From Podarcis filfolensis (Eukaryota): a DNA stretch of 64,000 nucleotides. The DNA lies in assembly GCA_964270895.1 (NCBI GenBank), contig OZ185437.1; one strand, 5' to 3'. Positions 1 through 16,591 of this stretch are shown one piece after another. Below the pieces are notes generated by a model, which ran no database searches, had not been told where the DNA came from, and saw nothing but the letters and a program-made list of their open reading frames with translations. How positions within the stretch are numbered: position 1 is the stretch's first letter; each line of letters begins with the position of its first letter. Made by a program: the position numbers and the translations under genes.

Positions 1-1649
1 GTTTTTCTGGACGCCAATGTGAGATGGGGAGGATGATGGGAAACTGGACGTCTGTAAACATTAATTGGATTTATCGTGGGATCCCAGCGGAGCAGCAAAT
101 GGTCCTGGCAAATTTCAGAGGGGTTTTTAGCCTGCTGTACAGAGACTCAAAAAGCACCCTGTCGCGTGTAGACTTCACTGCTATTGGCATTATTACAGCA
201 TTGATCCTCCATCGTGATCCTCCTTCCTATTTAATCTATGCAACATAACCCTATGGCACCCTAGGAGTGTTACGGTTTGGTGTTACTCCATGTATTTTTC
301 ATTGCCTCTTTGTTTTAAGAATAAAGTTGCACTAAAGTCTGTAGAAGTTTATCCCAGAATTATTAGTGTTCTGAGTTGTAATTGGTTGTGTTGATATGCT
401 CCTTACAAACCCATCCCAAACCACTGTTACTAGTGATATATCTCCAGTGTTTGGCTTATTGCCCTTTCTCCCACATATTAAATTATCAGGGTGCTGATTT
501 TGCTGTAGTCAGCAGCTTCATGGGTTGCTGCATGCAGAGTGGAAGAGTTGGAATTGTAACTTACGAAACAATACTCCATTAATTCATATAGACTTCATTC
601 TTTTTATGGCCTTGATCAGCTTAAAATCAGCATTGTGCCTCGTAAGCTGCAGTTTTGAACTTGGGACTGTTTAAAAGAGAACTCTCTTTTTCCAGCCACT
701 CTTATTAAAGACACCTATGAAAACTGGGTCCAAAATTAGGGATTGGGGATACAGTTTTTGCCACTTGATAAGTGAAAGGATAACATATTTGGATTGACTA
801 TTTCTTACTTGATCTGGGGGGAAAATGATCAGTGAGGTTAGCAAGCTTGCAAGTAACAAAAACTCCATGGCACATTATTTTTAAATTGTGCAAACACAAT
901 TTAAACAGATTTTATTAGTCTGGTAGTGTTGCTTACTAAACAAGGTGGTGTGCAAACTTAATATTCTGTGTTACCAAACATTCATTTAAAGTTGTCAGTA
1001 ATGTGGGAAATTCAATTTTAGGAGCTTCTAGGAAAGAACAATCTGGGAAACATAAATACGCATTGTGCCCATATGTAGAATATTTCGTACAGTTCTGGTA
1101 GCTCTTTCTCATGAGATCATAGAATTCAAAAATATTCAGGAAAGTGCAACTAAGATGAACAAGGGCAGACCTCCCCTATAAGGAAAGGTATAAGCTGCTG
1201 TTGCTTTTGTTTTAAAAAGATACCCAGAAGTAGTCTCAGTACTTTTAATATACGTAAGAAGACACTGGTATTGCCTGCCATCCTAAAACCCAAATTGTCA
1301 ATGAAAATGATAGTTTGGGGTAGCCAGGAGGAACTAGAATGCAAAGACGTCATGGAGTCCACTGTTATAAGTAAGGTGTTTTTAGAAGTTCTAATTGTAT
1401 TGTTTAAGTATTAGACATTTGCTGATCTGGGCTTTGTTAAGAAATACATGCATTTAACAAATTAAGCCATGACCTTTTGTTAAGACCTGTGCAAAAAAAA
1501 TCTCGTTGCTGTAGCAGTTGAATGAATCAGTGTTTGGGTACAATGTATGTCCAATTTTAGATGTTGATTTAAGTGCCATGCCAGTTCAAAAATATCTGGC
1601 TGGCCACTGTTAACAGCAAAAGGGGCCTAGGTGAACGTTGGTGAGATAA

Positions 1650-4386
<2,737 letters not shown>

Positions 4387-4389
4387 ACC

Positions 4390-4395
4390 AATAAA
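4390..4395 (+). terminator. RPS12 polyadenylation signal
   Basis: AATAAA 3 nt after the stop, followed by a GT-rich tract (gtgtttgtgttttg). Confidence 0.9.
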
Positions 4396-6154
4396 ATATA
4401 TTTGCGCCTGAGAGTGTTTGTGTTTTGCTGGTCTTTAGATAGATAACCTCCCCCCGCCCCAATGGAACTAGTTGGTCTCTTCACATGCATTAATTTCTAA
4501 AGTACTGGTATACGTTTTGGAACGGTAATATTGTCTGCCTCAATACAAGGAAAATTGAAGAATGGAGTGATTTGAATTCTATGTCATATGTTCATGGGTA
4601 TTGTGTTCATTCTGGACTTTAATTATGTAGAGGGGCTACAGATAGATTACTCCCATTTCCTTCCAGGACAGTTTTGTATGTATGTAATCATAAGTCAATC
4701 TCAATAAGTTTATTGAGAAACCATACAGGAAGCAGCTTGAATCAGATTATACATAATGCTGTCTCTACTTGCAGACAGGTTTGAGACAGCTGGTTTGAAC
4801 ACTCTTTGAAACCACCCTCCATTAAGTAGGCACTTTAGAGAGCCTTGTCTTTCTTTTTGATATGGAAGTCCCATGCCATGCTGGGGTGTATAAGTAGAAC
4901 ATGTGCTAATGAAAACCCAGTCAAGGAGGAAACCAGTGCAATAAGGTCGTAATTGCTGCCATATTGCTCAGTAGTGGAAGTTTCTGGACTAAAGCCAGGT
5001 TGTTGGCCTTGGGTCTTAGCTGAGATACCAATTTAAGATGGAAAAAGTGCAGGTGCTGCCATCTTTCAGGGGATGGTTGGCACCGCCGCCTCTGGTCACA
5101 TTGGACCCTCTGGTAGGGGCAGGCAGTGCCTGCTCAGCCAATCAGAGTTGGGCTGGGAGCCTGTTTTAAGGGGGCGGCCACACAACACTAGTTCCATGCA
5201 CTTTGCTCGGAAACAAGCTCCACTGAGTTCAACAGTGTTTGGGTTTAATGGTGGTATTCCCAGATAAGTATGAATAGGACTGCAAGCATAGTCTGTTAAG
5301 GTTCTCATAAGAGTCTTTGCAAGAAAGAACAAATGTACTGAGGCTATAGGTTTAATGGGCCAGAGTTTATCAGATGAATGTACAGAAAATAAAGGATTTT
5401 TTTTAAAAAAGTGATGAAAGAGAGAACAGCAGGTATGTCAAATACAGAGCACAGTGTGGTGCTTTTCTACATGTGCCGAGAGACATTAAACTTGGGTTTG
5501 TACTGAAGCACAAAATGGTCTCTGATGTCATTTCAGAAAAATGCAGAAACGGCATGCCTAGGATCCGTGCTCAGTGCTCCAAATGACGGCACCATTTTAG
5601 CTGCTCCCAGCTTTTTCTACTGTGGTGTCAGCAACTAGCTGGGTATCCATATCTCACGTTTTCCCATAGCACACAAAATTAGGGTGTTACCAAGGTGTTG
5701 TGAACACTCAGTATCACTTTGCAGTAATGCGGCAGGTCAGAAAGATTTTAATATTCCTGCTTAGTTCTTGCCAAGATTTCTCTCAACGTGGCTTCTTGCT
5801 TGGCATTTTGAAACTGGGTGACTGATGTTTGCGTTTTGTCCCTTATGCAAATTGTACTGAAATGGGAGTTCAAGTTGCCAGTGTTCCATGAGAGCTGAAT
5901 GTCTGCATGAATAACTTCAAAATCTATCACGCAGACAGATCTTTTCATTTCACATTAGGATTTCCCAATATAATACACTGATAAATTTTGCAGTTGCTCC
6001 AGTGGCAAAGGATCAGGGACTGTCAGCAAGAAATCAGTAGACTGGGTAAGCACTTGGTTGCTGGTTCCAGTCATTCCTTTTAAGCTACACTATATCCTTG
6101 CCAATGAAGGAATACATAATCTGGTAGTAAAAATGCACTCAAATGCTTTACACA

Positions 6155-6444
6155 GTAAAGGTAAAGGACCCCTGGACGGTTAAGTCCAGTCAGAGATGAC
6201 GGGTACGGTGCTCATCTCATTTCAGGCTGAGGGAGCCGGCGTTTGTCTACAGACAATTTTCATGTGGCCAACATGATGAAACCACTTCTGGCGCAACAAA
6301 ACACCCTTTACCTTCCCATTGCAGCAGTACCTATTTATCTACTTACTGGCACACTTTTGAACTGGTAGGTTGGCGGGAGCTGCGAACAGAGCAAAGGGAG
6401 CTCACGGGATTCAAACTACCAAGCTTGTGGTTTAGACCACAGTA
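6155..6444 (-). mobile_element. Sauria SINE, diverged
   Basis: GTAAAGGTAAAGG tail (ACCTTT repeat on the minus strand), Sauria core TTTACCTTCCC...CCTATTTATCTACTT, degraded tRNA-like head. Confidence 0.85.
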
Positions 6445-6584
6445 GGTTGCCTTAACCTGCTAATTACCAAATGGTGGTCAGTGGTCTATGGAGGGCTTAT
6501 GAGTGGAGCATCTCTCTGGCCATCTCCACCTGTTGGGTATTTTTCAAATGCATATTCTGGTATTTGATTAAATTCATTGAATGG

Positions 6585-6685
6585 ATTGGTCAAGTCTGTG
6601 AATGGCACCCAGTTATTCAGGATGGTGAAAACGCAAGCAGACTGCAGGAAGCTCCAAAAGGATGGGTGAGCAACCAAATGGCCCA
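6585..6685 (+). mobile_element. Degraded CR1 reverse-transcriptase fragment
   Basis: ggtcaagtctgtgaatggcacccagttattcaggatggtgaaaac...gaagctccaaaaggat resembles the CR1 segment KFADDTKLFRVVKT..DCEELQKD. Confidence 0.55.
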
Positions 6686-9189
6686 TATATTTTAATAGAA
6701 AGCAACAAACAAAATGCAAATAGCAGGTATGGAAGTTTATGTGAACTAATGTTTTTACTATAAGTAATTTTAAAATGTTGCTTCAAGATCCCCTGTTTGC
6801 AAGTTAAGGGGAAACATTGCACTTTACATTTTCTAGCACCCCTCATACCTTACAAAACATTTTAAAAACATATTGCTTATTTTACTTGCACACTTTTGCA
6901 AGTCATGCGCACATTCATTCAAAATCAAAATGTAGGTTACCCCAAAGCAAAACCTTAAGATTGCACTAAAGCTTTGTAAGGAGAAATATAATTCAGGACT
7001 TGTACAAATTTCATGATGTCTAGGTGCTTTCAGAGAGCCAATTATGCTTAATCTTCATTTTCATTTTTTTTGGCTCAGACATGACCTGTCTCATTCCAGC
7101 CGGTCTGTTGCCATATGTTTCAAACATGCCAACATCCTTTGCATTAAAAAGCTGAAATTTGATTGCCTTTCTTGGAACATTTAAAATTACAACCATCAGT
7201 TGATATTTTCCTTTCTTTTCTGGACCACTTGTAAGCTCTGTATTCCTTGTATGGGTATGTTTTGTTACTTGAAATATTTATAAAAAAACAGAGAAGCTGG
7301 AACAGTGGTTGAATTTCTGGTTTCTTCCAGCATTGATTCATTTCAAGTAACAACCTTGTCTGCAAGTTTCCGATTAAAAATCTTGGACTCGTCTAGCGGT
7401 GACTAGATTTTTACAGTATATCTGGTGAGACTAGCCATGACAGGTTGCTGTTACTCTGTTAAGAGGCAAAACTTGCACACAATTAGAGTAGGTTCCTTGA
7501 TTAGACCTCCAAGTTGTGTGGGCGCACAACCAAATTGCTTGCCAGATGCATAAAGTGGAGTTTCTACACATTACCAGAGTACCCTGAGAGCAACTATAAT
7601 AGAGGTGGTAGCAGTCACACAGCTCAGATAATGGAAAGCAGGTTGAAATCCTGCTCTATTACTACAGATCATAGATGGCCAATTTCTTGTAGTAGCAACA
7701 ACACACACTGAAGCTGGTGGAACTGAAGACCAGACAATGGTATTGCCAGGCGTGTATTCCTGCTTGCCTCCTGTGTTGTGCGATGGCTAGTTTCCTTGCT
7801 CGATTGTGTAGAAACAGAACCACACTGAGATATAGACCATTGGGGTGGTGGGAAGTTGGTTATTGCTACTTTCAGTAAACATTTTATGCCGTTCTGGAAG
7901 GTAGGGTCTTTGTTGCTTTTTCAGATTCCCTTTCAGGCATTAACAACCATACCTGCTTTTTTCCACTCCCAGAAAAGCTATGCTATAAAACAAGTCTACA
8001 TTTTAAAAGATGTAACAAAAATAATTTAAAAATTGATTTTGGACCCTTGAGGCTAGCAAAAGGTTACCTAAATCAGGACATTATTTTTACACACTTAAAG
8101 TGCGAGTATTTAAATATTTTTGCCATGAGACACACAAACAATGTGGGATTGTATAACACAGCTCCCGCCCGCCCCCCTGTAACTATCCCAGTTTCCCCTT
8201 TACTTAACCTCACTGCATGCTTTAAAATTTATAAACTGTTATAAAAATCTTACTTATACCTGGTTGGCTTATTATACAAACATTCTTTAAAAAGGTTTAT
8301 GATATTTCATATTGCTGACATATGAGATTATTATGTGTGAAGGGAGATATAAAAATAATAAATACTGTATTCCATAATGGAGAAAGTAAATGTTAACATC
8401 AACGTTAATGCAAAATTACAACCTTGTTCTGATTTTGATGTGTGCTGTCTCTAAAAATTATATGTGTGTGTATATATGAGTTCACCGGGTCAGCAAGCAC
8501 GGTATCTGCTGGTAAGTATTCTGGAACAATTAATCCATTCTGTAGTTACGCTCAAGTTAATGGCATTACAGTAGCAACAGATCTGACTTGTGGAATTTTA
8601 GACTGCAGATTTACACAGTTGATTAATAAATATACTGGAAGACCGCTGAGGGGTGAGGGGCACATTTATTCAATGTGGGGGGTGGGGAATTCATGCCGAA
8701 ACAAATGCATTCAGGTTGACATTTTTGCGTGTAGAAAACATTTTGGGGTAAAGCCTAAATTTCTAAGGCCACAATCCTCTCAGCGGAGAGCAGAGTGCTT
8801 GAATCTGTGGCAATTGCTGTGCTACATTCAAAATCTTGTTTGCTGACTGTCACCAGGATGGAAGGTGAGGGTGATTTTTAGTTCTTCCTCTTCCTGTTTT
8901 CCCCCTTCCCAAAGTGGTTGATCACAATGGGAGGGAAATAAACAGTGGAACTCCAGTACTGGCATAATTTCAGGCCCAATACATGGGTGGGTCAGAAGGG
9001 ACAGTGGCTTGGGATTCTGCTGATCCAAGAATGCCACCCCCCAGAATGCCCTGAGAGATATTGTCCAGAGGTTTACCAATTTCTTTTCAGCTGTACTTCT
9101 TCCTCCTTCCCTACACCCAACCTCTCTCCCATATCACTCTCCTTGTCCGACCTCCCTACCCAATATTTTCTTCAAGATTGCGCCCTGGT

Positions 9190-9555
9190 TCATGACAAAT
9201 GGCCATTCAGCCTCCTCTTAAAAACCTCCAATGGGAGAAAGTCCATCTCCTTCTGAGGGAGTCCATTCCACTGTCAAACAGCTCTTACCATCTTTCTTTT
9301 TACCTTTACCACCTGAAAGTTATTCCTGATGTTTCATTGGGATCTCATTTCTTGTAACTTGAAGCCATTGGTTGCACAATTGCACTCAGTTGGTGAGGTT
9401 TTGCACAACAAGCCCACTTTCCCCAAAGATGGGGACTTTTTGCGATAAGGACAGCGGTGGGAAAAGACACAGGAAAGTGAGATAGCAAGCAAGGTCATAG
9501 AATCATAGAGTTGGAAGGGACCCTGATCATCTAGTCCAATCCCTTGCAATGCAGC
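9190..9555 (-). mobile_element. CR1 3'-end fragments (about 9190-9290 and 9495-9555)
   Basis: aaaacctccaatgggagaaagtcca and catagaatcatagagttggaagggacc...catctagtccaa are the reverse complement of the CR1 3' end and its ATTCTATG tail. Confidence 0.7.
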
Positions 9556-9743
9556 TGTCTCGTACAGGGTGAAACCTGCAAACTTGGCATTATTGGGGAG
9601 GTCATCTAACCCCCATACAAACAAATCCACATGAATGGTCATTTATGAGGTCACGTGGAAGCAACCCCCAGCATCGTGAAAAGGAATTGGTTTGCTCTAT
9701 TAAGAGGGGAGGGAAACGTGAAGTTTTCAGGCCTGACCAGTAT

Positions 9744-10443
9744 TTGGTTTTCGAATATTTCGGAAGTCAAACAGACTTCTGGAATGGATTAAGTTTGGCA
9801 CTTTTGTTTTTGCTATTTATTTTGCGTTTTTGTTTTTGAGGCTTTTCTGGTTAATTTGTTTTTGTGACTGTGTGGAACCCACTTTAGATACTGATTGATT
9901 GACTATGTGACTGCAGAAATGGATAAAAAAAAACACCATTCAAACAATGACTATCATCAGCAAAAGTGAGAAAAAAATAAATATTATTATCATCTGCAAT
10001 ACAGTGGTACCTTGGGTTAAGTACTTAATTCGTTCCGGAGGCCTGTTCTTAACCTGAAACTGTTCTTAACCTGAAGCACCACTTTAGCTAATGGGGCCTG
10101 CCGCTGCGCCGCTGCTGCGCCGCTGCTGCGTGATTTCTGTTCTCATCCTGAAGCAAAGTTCTTAACCTGAAGCACTATTTCTGGGTTAGCGGAGTCTGTA
10201 ACCTGAAGCGTATGTAACCTGAGGTACCACAGCGCAGGTGAGAAAAAAAATAAATATTATTATCATCTACAATACCGTCTTATTTATTTTATAGTACAGT
10301 ACATTGTTTATTGCTTTCATTTTAAGGATCACTGGTCTCGTCAGACAGTAAAATTCATGTTAAATTGCTATTTTAGGGGTTGTTTTTAAAAGTCTGGAAC
10401 GGATTAATCCATTTTGCATTACTTTCTATGGGAAGGCGCGCCC
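9744..10443. mobile_element. Internal fragment of a longer Tc1/pogo-derived non-autonomous element with a nested MITE
   Basis: Shares the ggaagtcaaacagacttctggaatggattaag and ctggaacggattaatcc motifs with the other CAGT-TIR copies; interrupted at 10002-10230. Confidence 0.65.
10002..10230. mobile_element. Tc1/pogo-type MITE (same family as 2006-2222)
   Basis: TA|CAGTGGTACCTTGGGTTAAG start; right TIR GAGGTACCAC lacks the final TG and TA. Confidence 0.88.
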
Positions 10444-11136
10444 TGTAGTATATTCTGTAATAATAATACGACAGTGTTACCACCAGGAATGCTCCAGTAT
10501 ATGAGAAAGGATAGTGAGTTCCTAAAATTGGCTGAAACAGAAGGTGGCAGTGTTGCTGCAGATCAGAAGCAGCAAGTGCATGCCAAGAGCAGTTGGGGAG
10601 CCCGTGCTGATTGCTGGTGGAGTTTTAGCAGCAGGTGTTGCTGTGATTTCTTCAAGTTGAGTACATAGGAAACAAATGTGAAACGATTTTGTTTAGTGCC
10701 ACTGAACACGGTGCAGTTTGACTGTGCATTTTCCAACGTTGGGGCCCATTCCCGGGCAAAAATATTCAAATGAGTTTTGTTTTTTAAACAGAACTTTAGA
10801 AAGGTGCTTTTAAAGCAGCAGCTTCCATCTCTTTTCTTTCAATCTACTGTATGTTTTGTAACACAGAGGGGCTGATGATGGAAGTGGTGGAATCAGGACT
10901 GAGGAAGAAAGATCTTTACAGCCGTCCATTCCTAATTTGCAAACAGGTTACTGCCAAGGTGTTTCGATTTTTTTGTTTTTGCTTTAAACTTATTGAAGCA
11001 AATGGGGGAAAATACAGGTTGGTCTTTTGATATCAACTAATCTGAGTGGCTACTGCTGCCAAAAATTATAATGTATATGTGAGGACCCCTGATCCCCCAA
11101 TAAACACCTGTCTTTAGAGAAACTGGAACAGTAAGA

Positions 11137-11202
11137 GAAGAAGAAGAAGAAGAAGAAGAAGAAGAAGAAGAAGAAGAAGAAGAAGAAGAAGAAGAAGAAG
11201 AA
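11137..11202. repeat. (GAA)22 microsatellite
   Basis: Pure GAA run. Confidence 0.97.
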
Positions 11203-12729
11203 TTAGTTGTAAAGAAGTAGACCCAGCTCAGTTTTGTATTAAGAGCCGAGTTTCAGCACTAAGAAGCCACTAATTCAGCCTGCAGACCAGCGCTATGGGA
11301 GCTACTTTCTTGACTTGTGTTGCTGTGTAGAATAGTGGTTTTAAATTTCCCTTGAGTACACAGCCAGGAGACGCTTGTTTATTCTGGATGGAGCAATTAG
11401 GAGTAAAAATGATGTGATCTTTACATATTTGTGATCTTAGTGTATTTGAGTCTGATGGGTTCTAGACTCCACCAGTAATATTGTTGTGTTAACTCTGGGC
11501 ATTAATGCAATTTATCATGCAACCGCACACGTGTCTACTCACACGTAAGTAACTGAGAGTTCAGTGGAGTTTCCTTCCAGGAAAGTGCATACAGGAGTGA
11601 AGCCTTTGTCGCTTCTTGGTTGCTCCATAACCTATAGATACAAAAATTAATTGTTAAACAGTATGGAAAATGGAAGGCGCAGACTGCTGCAAGAGGGTCA
11701 GAAATGAGCTTTCAGAATTCAAGAATCGTATTTGTGTGTATGTGTGTGGACAGACATGTGCGATGGAATATGCACTGACTATGTAACTAAAGTGAGAAGC
11801 ATTTTTCAGTCTGGGTTGCACAGCTCTTTGCTTAAACATTAAATGTTTATTGTAGTTTATATCCAGGGAAATTGGGGGGGGGGGCAAGGCTGTCAAAGCT
11901 AAATTTTAAGCTTTTAGAGCTCCTCTTGAAAAGACAGCACTGCCTGTGTTTTGAGGTAAGGTCAACAATGTAAAACTTCTTTTCTCCACTCGACTGTCTT
12001 GATACATTATGGCAGTTCAATAATATTGCAATACACACAGTGCAATGTATTTAGAACATTCCCCCTTAAAGGCTTGTGGTTACATTCATAATGTACAGCT
12101 TGCTGGATTTTTTTTTCTGTGTGTAATATTATCTCCACATGTGTAAGGGGCATGCAATATTTTATTTTTTGCTTAAGCTGGGGAATGTGAAATTAAATTT
12201 ATCAGTTGAAGAATTTGCACAAGAGCTCATAAATAGTTCTCCGCATGCTTCTAGTGGCACATGGAAAAGGGTGGAGAGTTGGAGATTGGGGAAGGATGCA
12301 AAGAGACTGCAGGACCCAGCAGATTTAAATATCCTTCTTTCTTTCCTTACCGAGAGCCTATAATTCTGTTCACAGCTGGGACAGGTTCCTTTTAATGTTG
12401 TAGAAAATAACAAGAAGAAAAACCTTTGAAGCACCTATTGCTTATTTTTCTGAAGGAAGGTATCAGCAGCTAAGCTTTATTAGTCAGTGCCATACTCTTT
12501 GCAGTTGGTTTGAAAATGCCATTACAAATGCAGTTTGGATACAAATGAAATTTATAATTTAAGTAAATGCTAGCCCAAAAACTTAGGCATAGCTTGGGTG
12601 CACTTGAGAGACCCAAGTATCCATTTCAGAATTGCTCACTAAGTACAGGTATTTTAGTTGTTGTGGAACAGAACTCCTGTGCCTTTGAAAGGTAGGGTTG
12701 TATGTATATATGTATCTTTAAAAGCCTTA

Positions 12730-13030
12730 AGAGAACCTGCATGGTTGCACAGGTGGGCCTTATCTGCAGTGGCTCCCTGTCTGTGGAATGCTCTCCCCAG
12801 GCAAGTTTGCCTGGCGCCTTCATTATACACCTTTAGGCAAAAAAAAGTTCCCTTTTAACCAGGCCTTTGCTTGATCTAATTGACATCCTATGCCCTTTAA
12901 AAAAAATTTTTTTGGGGGGGGGACTATTAGGTTGTTGTTTTTATTGTTATTATGTATTTTGTGGTTTTATATCTTGATTTTATTGTGAACCGCCCTGAGA
13001 CTCCCTGGTATAGGGAGGTATAATATTAAT

Positions 13031-13083
<53 letters not shown>
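12730..13083 (+). mobile_element. L2 LINE 3' end with (TAA)n tail
   Basis: aggtgggccttatctgcagtggctccctgtctgtggaatgctctccc (RAFSVVAP.LWN.LP-like), 3' hairpin gtgaaccgccctgagact...ggaggtata, (TAA)17 at 13033-13083. Confidence 0.8.
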
Positions 13084-13085
<2 letters not shown>

Positions 13086-16000
13086 TCATTGCTGACTGAA
13101 GTAGGCAGGCTTATATAATGGCATTAGTATTCTAATATGGATGGCTTTAAGCCTATTTATGGAAGATAAGGCTATCAATGGCTACTAGCCATAATGGCTA
13201 GCTTCTGCATCCACTTTGGGAGGCAGTATTCTTCTGAATACCAGACGCTGGGAATCATAAGTGAGGAGAGTGCTGCCAGAGGCTGTTTTTGGATGGCATG
13301 ACTGGTGCAGTGTTACTGGGTGCTGTGCTGCAGGGGGTGCTACAACAATGCTGTAGAATGGAGCACAAGAGGAGAGGGGACAAATTTTAGTGTCGCACAG
13401 GGCACCACTGAAATTTGAGCCCAAAGTCCACCACTGGCCACTATGAGAATGTAGTTTTGGACTAGATGGGCCTTTGGCCTGATCCAGCAGGGCTCTTCTT
13501 GTGTTTTTTGTCATTTTGTTTGCATTTTATGAACCACTGTGGTATTACTCGGATAAAGAGTGGCATATAAATATTTTAAAATAAATACATACCTACTCTC
13601 AACAGTTGTTTCCAGGATAGCTTGCAACAAAATGTAAGCAATCCGTAAGTGAAGCAGACCCAATAAAACTAAAGCAGCAATAAAAACAACACGCTAGAGT
13701 CCATAAATATATTGAACAAATAGCAGTGTTACTGGCACTTAAAGGCTATTGTGGAAGGAGCTGAGTGCCCCACCACATAAGGCGCTACATGTAGGAAAGA
13801 TCTGTCTTTTGTTGCTGTAATTTGAGCACATAGGGCTGTATCCAGTGAAGTTGTCCCATTAGTACAAGGATTTCCACCTACACAAAGACTTCCTGTCCCT
13901 CCTCCTCCTCTCCTCCACCCCTCTGGAGCAGATGTAGGAGGCACACAGGGAGAAGAAGTCCCACTGTGCAGGCAAAGGTCTTTGCACTAGCAGGATCACT
14001 TTGTTGAAAATAACCTGTATATTCCATGTCTTGGCACCTTGATCTGGACCTCCAATTAAGATCTTCATAGCATGGCAAATTCATACTGGTCTGGTAGTTC
14101 TTCAGTTGCCCAAGCCTTGAATAGTTTAGGGCTTGATAGGTCAATGCTAGCAGCACTTTAAATGGTGCCTCCTAGTGTGATATGCTCAGAGCTGGCCACA
14201 ATTTTATGAGCAGGCAGGTTCACTCTACTATAAAAACTGAAGTCTTCCAGTGGAAAGGAAAATAAATACATTTTATTCTTTTTGGAAAAGTAAGTTTATT
14301 TTGCCTTTCTGTTGCTTTCCACTTTTGACATTACATTTCTGTGGGGGGCTTTAGGAGTGCCAGTAAGTTTCTGTCGTCTTGTGGCTGCCAGCAGTACACA
14401 TTCTAAGAGAGTTATTTGCCATGTGTACAACTTGCTGCTCCAAAAGAACACTGCAAATCCCACTGCCTTTAATCAAAATATCTTTTTTCATTACTACTAT
14501 CCTTAAGTTAGTACTACCTTAAAGTTGGGTGGTGGGATGGTAGTGCAGATTTTAAAATGCAGAATAGTCAAATCTCGTCGAAAGCTTTGTCCTGGGTTTT
14601 TGCATATTTGTGGTAGAACTTCCATGAAAGTCCAACAGCACTGTGAAATTCTAAATTATTTTTCATTGATCCCTGACCAAATTGTCTCCTTTTAAATACT
14701 GCTTTTCTCTTCCTAATTGCTAGCAATGAAATTCTACCAGGGCTATGAAAAAACAACAACCTAAAGCTGTGTGTTTCCATCTAAAAGCAAATGAGATTCC
14801 TTCAACAGCACTTAGCTAACCAATTTATTAATGATGGGGGAGCAGAATAAAACCCAATGCTACCAAAAGTAAGACAAAATGAGTCTAGTCAGTAAAGTGA
14901 CTGGAAGTCTAAGCAGCATTATGTGCAACATTAAAATTGTCAAAGGTGCTGACTATTTTGTTGTAGCTCCATCTTTGCAGATTCTACACAGATAGTGCTT
15001 TCGTATACAAAAAGGCATGTGCAGCATCATGTATTTTTCAAGATATGTACATAGATATGTCATGGGAGTCCTCCATAATTCAGAGATCTTGCCATGTGTA
15101 CAGCAAAGTAAACATACATGTATTTGCCAGATAAATGTCTTGTAAGTGGAAATCTTATCTGGAGGAAATGCAACATGTGAAAAGTGGTCCTGAGTTTATG
15201 TGGATTCAGGCAAGTTACTGTTTTCCCTGTGTTGATTTTTACAGTTGTCCTACTTTAACAGTCAAATTTACCTGAGTTGTCTGAAAAAACTGAGCCTTTA
15301 ACTGTCTGAAAGGAAGGGTGTGAACGTTAAGATAAATGATGGACAGTATAGAAAAGGTTCACTGGGAGATGATTGGAAATCTAGCAAGTGTTGGCTTTGG
15401 TGTCCGTTTTGCATTGAAACGTGGAAGTTGATTCCCATTGCATGATAATTGCAAGAAAAGTTTAAAATTACTGTGGGAAAAACCTTTCTCATACAGATCT
15501 ACCCTTAATAGTGATCTTGGGCTTTTTAAAAGGTTGCTTATTTAGTGTAACTAATCCTCAAAAGCTTGAGTGGCCAAGACTATAAAGGCATGCTACCTTA
15601 CTGGAAGCCAGTTTGTCCTAATACTTCATGTATTTGAACTTGGATCTGGCAAACATGGGTGCAAATTTCAGCTCAGCTTTGGGCCTCTTGGATGGCAAGG
15701 GTGTGTCTTTTAGACAGTTTTCCATCTGAAAAAAAAATAGGAGCAGTAATGACTTGTCTCACAGGGTGGTTATGAAGATGAGTGAGATCCAAAGAGCTGC
15801 ATGGGATCTTGCCATGGCCCAATGGGATTTATTTCCCATCACCCTTTGGGCAACTGAATCCCATGCCCAATCACAAACTGTTCCTAAAATTCTGCATAGT
15901 TTCAAAAGCAGTGTGTCATGTGGCACAGTGATGGGACTACGGTTTGAAGAGAGAAAACAGCTCTAAGGTCCGCTGGAACTAGTTTAATACTTTTGATACT

Positions 16001-16591
16001 GTACTCTCTGCATATTCCAAGTACTGTTGACATTATTCTTTCCCCTGTTTTCCTGGCATGAACAGCCGGTCCATGTATAAGTCTTGTTTTCAGTGGGGTT
16101 CTGCACACCATGAAACTTCTTAGAGGAAGACAACCATTTCAAAATGTACATTCCCCCTCTTTATAATTGGATGTGGAACTCTCCAAGCACAACTTAACTG
16201 TATTTAGCCCCACTCAGCTACTTGCAGAAACTCTTGAATAAGAAAAGTTAAGCACCTTTTCCCGATTATATTTCAAACCATAATTCAACTCAGAGAAAAT
16301 AAATAGCTACATCAGGTGGATAGTTTAATCATACCCTGCCAAGAATCCAGAATTTAAAACAATAGCCTAGTTGAGTGGAAAGTTTATATTTTTAAGTAGA
16401 CACTTAGTCTGCATGAATGGATGTAAATAAATGGGCAAGAACAGCTGGAAGATAGGCGACATTTGAAAACTGTGATGAGATTCCAGTGTTAGACTAAAGA
16501 TAGCTAAGTAAAAAAACGGGGGATGAGTCAGGGTTAATATGGTATATAGAAAGGTTCTTTTTCTATACCTTTCCACATGTGTGGTCTAAAC

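Noticed and set aside
15712-15790. MIR/CORE-SINE-like remnant
   Set aside because: Only loose resemblance over about 80 nt; cannot be supported without an alignment.
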